IMG/VR virus record: IMGVR_UViG_3300033512_000173
Location: 1 to 30,280 of that record
Direction: 5' to 3' (one strand)
DNA length: 30,280 bases
Source: a virus
Lineage: Duplodnaviria > Caudoviricetes
The notes under the pieces are model-generated. The model was given only the letters and a program-made list of their open reading frames with translations. It searched no databases and was not told where the DNA came from. Each line of letters begins with the position of its first letter. Position 1 is the first letter of the stretch. This document shows, piece after piece, positions 25,320 through 30,280 of this stretch. The position numbers were made by a program, and so were the translations under genes.

Positions 25320-26207
25320 TTAGCTTGCCGTTTTTACACGTTCAAGCAATTCTGATAACTTTACAGGGTCGCTTTCTTTTGACTCAAAGGCTTGACGAAT
25401 ATCTTTTTTCGCTGCTTCGGGGCAAGATTCTGAGCGTTCGAATTCTTCAAGGGCAAGGATAATTCCAGATATATCAACTGGAGCCGGAGCATTTAATAAA
25501 CTTTCCAGCGTTGAAATATAAACTTCTAAGTCCTCGCCGCAATCTTTCCACATAGCGGATTTTTCTTCTTTGTCAAGTCCAGCCTTTGCAGTCAACTCGG
25601 CGGCTTTTTTTACTAGATCAGGGTTTGGAGCGGTTTTTATAAAAACCGGATTTTCAGCAATCTTGACAATCTGCTCTGGTTCTTGATGCGGTGTAATGTT
25701 TTTTAAGGGTTCAAAGTCTTGCACTTCCTCGGCTAGATACATACGGTTTAAGCAAGCAGGATAAACAGCCCGAACACCTTCGGCAACGCAACGCCAAGAA
25801 AGCATAATGCCTGGCATTTTTTGCCAAGGGGTTTCCTGTCCGTTGGCACCTCTTTTGTCCCATAAGCCGGCTTTTTTAGCTCTTGAAACGTCCCATGAAA
25901 CAGTCAGAGACCCGCCTTGAGGATGCGAAAAGGTTGCCTTTGCTTCGCCGTCGGTCTTGACTAACCAATTTACACACCCGCCGGACTGTTGGAAACGAGC
26001 AAGTGCAGCTTGTCCCTTGAGAGCTGGTCGTCCTTGAATGATGTCGTATTCCATAGCTGCCAACGCCGGGTGCAAGCCCTCGGCTTGTGCAATCATCATG
26101 AGCGATAACATTTGATCTGGATTTTTCCCAAACATTCCAGAATTTGCCATACTCTTTGCCATTTGAACCAGATCACTAAAACCAATTACGCTTAAATCAT
26201 TCATCAT
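25320..26207 (-). CDS. RecT/Red-beta-like single-strand annealing recombinase
   Basis: GLHP..A...DIIQGRPAL, RAKKAGL, WQKMP..ML.WR......R.VYP, EEVQD motifs. Confidence 0.75.
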   Translation of the reverse strand: MMNDLSVIGFSDLVQMAKSMANSGMFGKNPDQMLSLMMIAQAEGLHPALAAMEYDIIQGRPALKGQAALARFQQSGGCVNWLVKTDGEAKATFSHPQGGSLTVSWDVSRAKKAGLWDKRGANGQETPWQKMPGIMLSWRCVAEGVRAVYPACLNRMYLAEEVQDFEPLKNITPHQEPEQIVKIAENPVFIKTAPNPDLVKKAAELTAKAGLDKEEKSAMWKDCGEDLEVYISTLESLLNAPAPVDISGIILALEEFERSESCPEAAKKDIRQAFESKESDPVKLSELLERVKTAS

Positions 26208-26424
26208 TTAACCTTCTTTTCTTATTGCTAGAATTAAACTCCGATACGCTCAAATGAGTGGTATGGAACCAACCGCAGACTTTGCAAGGGTAAAACCGCT
26301 TAGGAATCTTCTTGCAAAACGAATTACCTTTACTACGATGAGCTCTGTTTACTACTTCCCTTGCTTGCCTTTCAGTGTAACAAATCTTGCCACACAGACA
26401 GATCCCGCCAGAGTCATAAATCAT
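26197..26424 (-). CDS. Small Zn-finger protein
   Basis: CGKICY...R.YPCKVCGWFHTTH; start coupled to the upstream small ORF. Confidence 0.65.
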   Translation of the reverse strand: MIYDSGGICLCGKICYTERQAREVVNRAHRSKGNSFCKKIPKRFYPCKVCGWFHTTHLSVSEFNSSNKKRRLNDE

Positions 26425-26566
26425 AGCGGGTTTTTGAATGTAGCTCGCTTTTATCAGGGTTTTTATCATATAAATGATTCTGGACAGCCTCAATTATAAT
26501 GAAAATACTAAAACCTGCAGCAAGACCGATACATGCCCAAAAAACAAACGCTTTCCCCAAGTCCAT
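26414..26566 (-). CDS. 50-aa membrane peptide
   Basis: AAGGAGG RBS; MDLGKAFVFWACIGLAAGFSIFIIIEAVQ... Confidence 0.7.
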   Translation of the reverse strand: MDLGKAFVFWACIGLAAGFSIFIIIEAVQNHLYDKNPDKSELHSKTRYDL

Positions 26567-26586
26567 AAATGCCTCCTTATTCAACT

Positions 26587-26614
26587 ATTATAATACAATA
26601 ATAGAAAATGTCAA
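26587..26614 (-). promoter_or_regulatory. Consensus sigma70 promoter
   Basis: TTGACA-16-TATAAT on the minus strand. Confidence 0.75.
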
Positions 26615-26622
26615 CAGGTTTT

Positions 26623-26979
26623 TTATGGCAAAATTGACCAATCTTTTAAAATGCTTAAAGCTTCCTCAAAAGAATAAGCGACAGAATAAAAAGCGTTATT
26701 CCAAACAGCTTCCTTTTCAAATAAAATTTGATTCTCTGATTGTTTTCCTTTGGGAGCTTTTAACTCAAGGAAAAAAACTCTACCTTTTTTAATGATAACT
26801 AGATCGGCTACTCCATGCCGTAAACCCATTTTGCGAAACTTTGCCATTCGAGCAAGACCAGCAGAGGTTCGTGCTTTTCCCATTAACTCATTTGGTACGG
26901 AAAAAAACATAAAACCGTATTGATCTTTGACAAGTTCAAGAAATTCTACAAGCTGAATTTGTAGATCGGCTTCTTTCAT
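26623..26979 (-). CDS. VRR-NUC domain nuclease (Holliday-junction resolvase-like)
   Basis: E..LQ, VPNE, GVADL, FLELKAPKGKQSENQ motifs. Confidence 0.88.
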   Translation of the reverse strand: MKEADLQIQLVEFLELVKDQYGFMFFSVPNELMGKARTSAGLARMAKFRKMGLRHGVADLVIIKKGRVFFLELKAPKGKQSENQILFEKEAVWNNAFYSVAYSFEEALSILKDWSILP

Positions 26980-27167
26980 TTTACAGCCCTGTCCATTTTA
27001 TCCTGTTCAAGCTCGGCTTCTATGAATTCCCTGAGACGTGTACAGGGTTTTGACCCTATCCTTTCGCAGTAATCATCATACGCTGTCTTTGTTGAATGCT
27101 TCATAAGCGTGACAATCCTTGACCTAAACTGTAAATCCGGTGCAATACCGTTATTTTTACCCATCAT
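26976..27167 (-). CDS. Ribbon-helix-helix-like transcriptional regulator
   Basis: Strand SRIVTLM + helix ..YCERIG + helix ..LREFIEAEL; AAGGGG RBS. Confidence 0.55.
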   Translation of the reverse strand: MMGKNNGIAPDLQFRSRIVTLMKHSTKTAYDDYCERIGSKPCTRLREFIEAELEQDKMDRAVK

Positions 27168-27202
27168 TTTACCCCTTGTTATAATATTTCATACACTTAA
27201 TT

Positions 27203-27276
27203 ATTATATGCACATAATAAAACTTTATGCAAGTAGTAATATTTATCTTGCATAAGTGAAATTTTACTGATATTGT
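27203..27276. promoter_or_regulatory. Divergent promoter pair
   Basis: Inverted repeat TTATGCAAG (27225..27233) / CTTGCATAA (27247..27255) gives TTGCAT-18-TATAAT leftward and TTGCAT-17-TATTGT rightward. Confidence 0.65.
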
Positions 27277-27307
27277 AAAAAAAGAATAAATATAACAAAG
27301 GTGATAC

Positions 27308-27661
27308 ATGGAAAATTTAATTTTGAGTGGGGCTTCGGCGGTCTTTTCTGTATTAGCAGCCATAATTTCAGTACGTCTAGGAATAAGACAAATTAGACAA
27401 GAGGAATCGGGAAGATTGATTAAACAGGCATTATTAGAAAACCACGTACAAGAATTACTTGCTTCAACAGAACACGCTCATGATAAAATCAGGGAACTAT
27501 ATTCAAAAAACAACGAAATTACCGTATGCGTAGCAGAAATTAAAACTTCATTACAAGAAAATACCAGAGTTTTAAGACTAGTAGAAAGTTCTTTGACTAT
27601 CCTTACAAAGATAGAAGAACGATTAAACGGTCATATTGAAAAGGAAAGGGGCGAGAGATGA
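27308..27661 (+). CDS. Membrane-anchored coiled-coil protein (holin/antiholin candidate)
   Basis: One N-terminal TM plus a coiled coil; first gene of the lysis cassette. Confidence 0.55.
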   Translation: MENLILSGASAVFSVLAAIISVRLGIRQIRQEESGRLIKQALLENHVQELLASTEHAHDKIRELYSKNNEITVCVAEIKTSLQENTRVLRLVESSLTILTKIEERLNGHIEKERGER

Positions 27662-28119
27662 AACACACCGTTAGGTTTGCACACTTAGAAAAAAAACCCG
27701 AATGGAAAATAGGGGACGTTATAAAGTCAGGTAATGTTATCGGTAAAATGGGGACTTCTGGACAGTCTACAGCAACCCATCTTCATATAGATTGTGTAAG
27801 AGGTGAAAAAAACAAGCCTTATCAGCTTTTTGAAATGGACGACGATTTTCTAATTCCTGCACCTAAACAGCTTTTATATTTCATAGATAAAGACCTTTTC
27901 GGGGTTGAACCAATAATTACAACCGGCTATGCAGACCCAGAATATTTTTTTCAGCGTAAAAAAGTTCATCATGGCTTTGATGTTGTACCAATGAACAGAA
28001 AAACTACTAGAGAAAACTATAAAATTCACTGGAACCGGACAAGTCCAGGTACAGTTACTTTGATAATGGATGACCCGAAAGGGTATGGGCATTGTCTTTA
28101 TATTTCATTCGAGGGGTGA
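27658..28119 (+). CDS. M23-family Zn peptidase endolysin, circularly permuted
   Basis: FAHL, IGKMGTSGQSTATHLH, then ITTGY, HHGFD, GYGHCLYI. Confidence 0.85.
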   Translation: MKHTVRFAHLEKKPEWKIGDVIKSGNVIGKMGTSGQSTATHLHIDCVRGEKNKPYQLFEMDDDFLIPAPKQLLYFIDKDLFGVEPIITTGYADPEYFFQRKKVHHGFDVVPMNRKTTRENYKIHWNRTSPGTVTLIMDDPKGYGHCLYISFEG

Positions 28120-28122
28120 GAA

Positions 28123-28338
28123 ATGGAATTAGGAAAAGAGCTTTTAAGCAAAAATACAACTGATTTAATTTTAATTTTTGGGGTTGTAGTAGTTGGGATT
28201 ATTTTAGTTCTAGCTATGTTAATGATATTCTTTAAGGTTGCAAGGGTTGAAAAGATCGGTATTGGCGGTATTGAATGTGACCCAGAGGACGAAAAACCAG
28301 CGGTAAAAAAAACATTCAGGAAAAAAGACGTTAAATGA
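28123..28338 (+). CDS. Single-TM protein (holin candidate)
   Basis: One long TM and a basic C-terminus; follows the endolysin. Confidence 0.55.
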   Translation: MELGKELLSKNTTDLILIFGVVVVGIILVLAMLMIFFKVARVEKIGIGGIECDPEDEKPAVKKTFRKKDVK

Positions 28339-28853
28339 AAAGGATCCTTTTACTTTTAGCAGCCTGCTTTCTGCTTTTCTCATGCCGGACGGCTCCGAAA
28401 GTCAGGGTAATTGAAACAATCAAATCCGATACCGCTATCATAGAGACGTCCATACAAGCAACAGAAATAGCCTTGACACAAAAAGACATAGAGACATCAT
28501 CAGAGTCGCTAGGAAGTACCGTTTTGACGCTCCAGCAAGGGAAAACATTGTCAGCTCCGGTAATAGAAAAGCTCAAAACAGATACGGAAAAATTAAAAAC
28601 AGTTGTTGCCAAACAAACAGTACAAATAAAAGAGCATTTACAGACCATTGAAAAGCTACAAATTATTCGAATATCCGAAAAAAAAGAACTATCTGACATT
28701 ATAACACAGCTACAAACCGAAATTACAACCTTGCAGGCGGATAAACAACGTCAAAAAACATGGATACTACGCCTTTCTACTATCTTTGCAGTGATTACCA
28801 TTACCGTAATTGCTTATGTATTCCTTAAAATAAAAAAATTATTACCGTTTTAA
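28335..28853 (+). CDS. Lipoprotein with C-terminal TM (unimolecular spanin-like)
   Basis: Signal peptide with lipobox LLFS-C17, coiled coil, C-terminal TM. Confidence 0.7.
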   Translation: MKRILLLLAACFLLFSCRTAPKVRVIETIKSDTAIIETSIQATEIALTQKDIETSSESLGSTVLTLQQGKTLSAPVIEKLKTDTEKLKTVVAKQTVQIKEHLQTIEKLQIIRISEKKELSDIITQLQTEITTLQADKQRQKTWILRLSTIFAVITITVIAYVFLKIKKLLPF

Positions 28854-28884
28854 TAGAAATTTATCAAAATAAATCCTTTTGCCC

Positions 28885-28913
28885 TTGACTATGGTATTAT
28901 CATAATGTAAGAT
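28885..28913 (+). promoter_or_regulatory. Early promoter with palindromic operator in the spacer
   Basis: TTGACT-17-TAAGAT; TATGGTATTATCATA at 28890..28904. Confidence 0.65.
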
Positions 28914-28934
28914 AAAACAGAAAGGGGGTTATAA

Positions 28935-29081
28935 ATGCACGAAAAAATTATAGAACAAGGCTTGCCTTTAATACCGAAAGGCATGGAAAGCACATGGAAA
29001 TGGTGGGTTAATAAACAAGGTGTTACAGAAAAGACCGACTACAGAGATCTTGTAGAATTTTTTTATCAGAACATGAATTAA
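28935..29081 (+). CDS. 48-aa hypothetical protein
   Basis: AAGGGGG RBS; MHEKIIEQGL...FYQNMN. Confidence 0.65.
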   Translation: MHEKIIEQGLPLIPKGMESTWKWWVNKQGVTEKTDYRDLVEFFYQNMN

Positions 29082-29092
29082 AGGGGTGTATA

Positions 29093-29230
29093 ATGTTTAA
29101 TTATAAAGGGTGTAAAGGCAAAAAAGAAGGGGAATTCTGGTGGCTAACTTATGAAGATGGAACAAAAGACGTTTGCTGTTTTCTAAGAATAGCCCTAATG
29201 TTATGTGATAAAACGCTTAAAAGAGCGTAA
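29093..29230 (+). CDS. 45-aa hypothetical protein
   Basis: AAGGGG RBS; MFNYKGCKG...TLKRA. Confidence 0.65.
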   Translation: MFNYKGCKGKKEGEFWWLTYEDGTKDVCCFLRIALMLCDKTLKRA

Positions 29231-29241
29231 AGGGGTAACAA

Positions 29242-29442
29242 ATGGCAAAATATTTTTGCGATAGTTTTGGAGTTCATTTGGCTTGTGGGCTTTGCTCGCA
29301 TGGAGCTAATGATCATGATACACCAATTCATCCGTGGAAAGAACCAAACAAATTATGTACAGAGGTACATACTTGCGAGGTTTGCCCTGTAGGTGTTAAA
29401 TGTATCGAAATAGGAAGCAAAGAGGATAAATACAATGGGTGA
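29242..29442 (+). CDS. Cys/His-rich small protein
   Basis: AAGGGG RBS; CxxCxH...H...C...CxxC...C. Confidence 0.65.
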   Translation: MAKYFCDSFGVHLACGLCSHGANDHDTPIHPWKEPNKLCTEVHTCEVCPVGVKCIEIGSKEDKYNG

Positions 29443-29794
29443 GAAAATATATTGCGGTTCTGCAAAAGCAAGACAAACACAATACGGCGAAGAATTAACC
29501 GTATCAGTGAATGTATCAAAAGTTTTAGAGAATTTGTTGGAACATGGTTATGTATCAAAAAATCAAGAAAAGTTTATAACTTTAAAAATTAGTCAAAGAA
29601 AAGAAACTGGTAAGTACGGCGAAACGCACACGGTTATAATAGATACATGGAAACCTGATTCAAGCCGTAAACAAGCGCAACCAGAGCAAAACACTCCGGT
29701 AAACCAAGAAAGACCGCAAAGCCCCTCTGTGGCAAGCCAAAGCGCACAGGCAACGGATAAAGACCTTCCTTTTTCCGATGATATTCCGTTCTGA
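29435..29794 (+). CDS. Single-stranded DNA-binding-like protein
   Basis: Beta-rich N-domain (YGETHTVIIDTWKP), Gln/Pro-rich linker, acidic DDIPF tail. Confidence 0.65.
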   Translation: MGEKIYCGSAKARQTQYGEELTVSVNVSKVLENLLEHGYVSKNQEKFITLKISQRKETGKYGETHTVIIDTWKPDSSRKQAQPEQNTPVNQERPQSPSVASQSAQATDKDLPFSDDIPF

Positions 29795-29803
29795 GGTCGT
29801 AAA

Positions 29804-29995
29804 ATGACATATAACGAAATTATACAAGAATTGTATCATGGTAAAGCGATTACAAAGAAAAGAGCGGGCGATATAGCAGAAGAAATTGACGTTGAAACGG
29901 CGAGAATTTCTTTTAGAATTAACAAGATGATTGACGCTTTGGGATCGGTTTTGTTTGAACAAGGGTGGTTTTTTGATGAAAAAACAGATGCTTAA
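29804..29995 (+). CDS. Hypothetical protein
   Basis: GAGG RBS; 63-aa ORF. Confidence 0.6.
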   Translation: MTYNEIIQELYHGKAITKKRAGDIAEEIDVETARISFRINKMIDALGSVLFEQGWFFDEKTDA

Positions 29996-30113
29996 TATTA
30001 TTTATACATGGTTTGTGTCTCATGCCGATACTTATTTTTCTCTAGTTTACACGTTAGGAATGTTGGCAACTGCTAGCTTTTTAATATGGGTAATAAGCTG
30101 GATACTTGAGTAG
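29988..30113 (+). CDS. 41-aa membrane peptide
   Basis: Start overlaps the upstream stop; hydrophobic C-terminal half. Confidence 0.5.
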   Translation: MLNIIYTWFVSHADTYFSLVYTLGMLATASFLIWVISWILE

Positions 30114-30115
30114 GT

Positions 30116-30183
30116 TCTTATACGGAACAAGCTAATATTTGTTGGATGGACGCTTTAGCCGTATAACTAGTTATACGGACACG
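30116..30183 (+). repeat. 68-bp dispersed repeat, copy 2
   Basis: Matches 721..788; G|TTGGATG at 30141; hairpin CCGTATAAC-TA-GTTATACGG at 30159..30178. Confidence 0.9.
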
Positions 30184-30216
30184 CGCCAAGATGCGGGCGA
30201 GTTTTCAGGAGGAAAT

Positions 30217-30280
30217 ATGAACGAATGGATTAGCGTAAAAGAACGATTACCACAAAAACCAACTTTTGACTGGGTTTTGG
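30217..30280 (+). CDS. DUF551-like protein (partial)
   Basis: AGGAGG RBS; MNEWISVKERLP N-terminal signature. Confidence 0.7.
   Translation, partial: MNEWISVKERLPQKPTFDWVL

Larger units (their letters stand above)
1..30280. mobile_element. Tailed bacteriophage genome segment (podovirus-like), probably near-complete
   Basis: TerS, TerL, portal, capsid, adaptor/nozzle, ejection-type proteins, tail fibres, lysis, recombination and replication modules are all present. No host housekeeping genes, no tape measure or sheath. Both window ends fall in early/replication genes. Confidence 0.95.

Noticed and set aside
26254-26792. Plus-strand ORFs 26254..26499 and 26499..26792
   Set aside because: They overlap better-supported minus-strand genes and a consensus promoter.

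Overview
This window looks like most of a tailed-phage (Caudoviricetes) genome with podovirus-type morphogenesis genes. A Spirochaetes host is tentatively suggested by a spirochete-style lipobox and the attC style. Gene order: replication/regulation (two copies of an initiator plus Zn-ribbon pair, an HTH regulator, structured RNA leaders), TerS, accessory genes, TerL, portal, scaffold, capsid, adaptor, nozzle, three ejection-type proteins, tail-fibre genes, a minus-strand recombination operon (PD-(D/E)XK exonuclease, RecT-like, VRR-NUC, RHH), a lysis cassette, and early genes with an SSB-like protein. I saw no integrase, DNA polymerase, reverse transcriptase, tRNA or CRISPR array. The most notable signal is a complete integron-type gene cassette (747..1065) with a 59-bp attC inside the phage. 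A second cassette-like unit at the right end shares a 68-bp upstream/leader motif with a covarying hairpin but carries a different gene. Other notable items are kissing-loop attenuator-like leaders, a circularly permuted M23 endolysin, a u-spanin-like lipoprotein and the duplicated replication module. All product calls come from motif recognition by eye; no database search was run.
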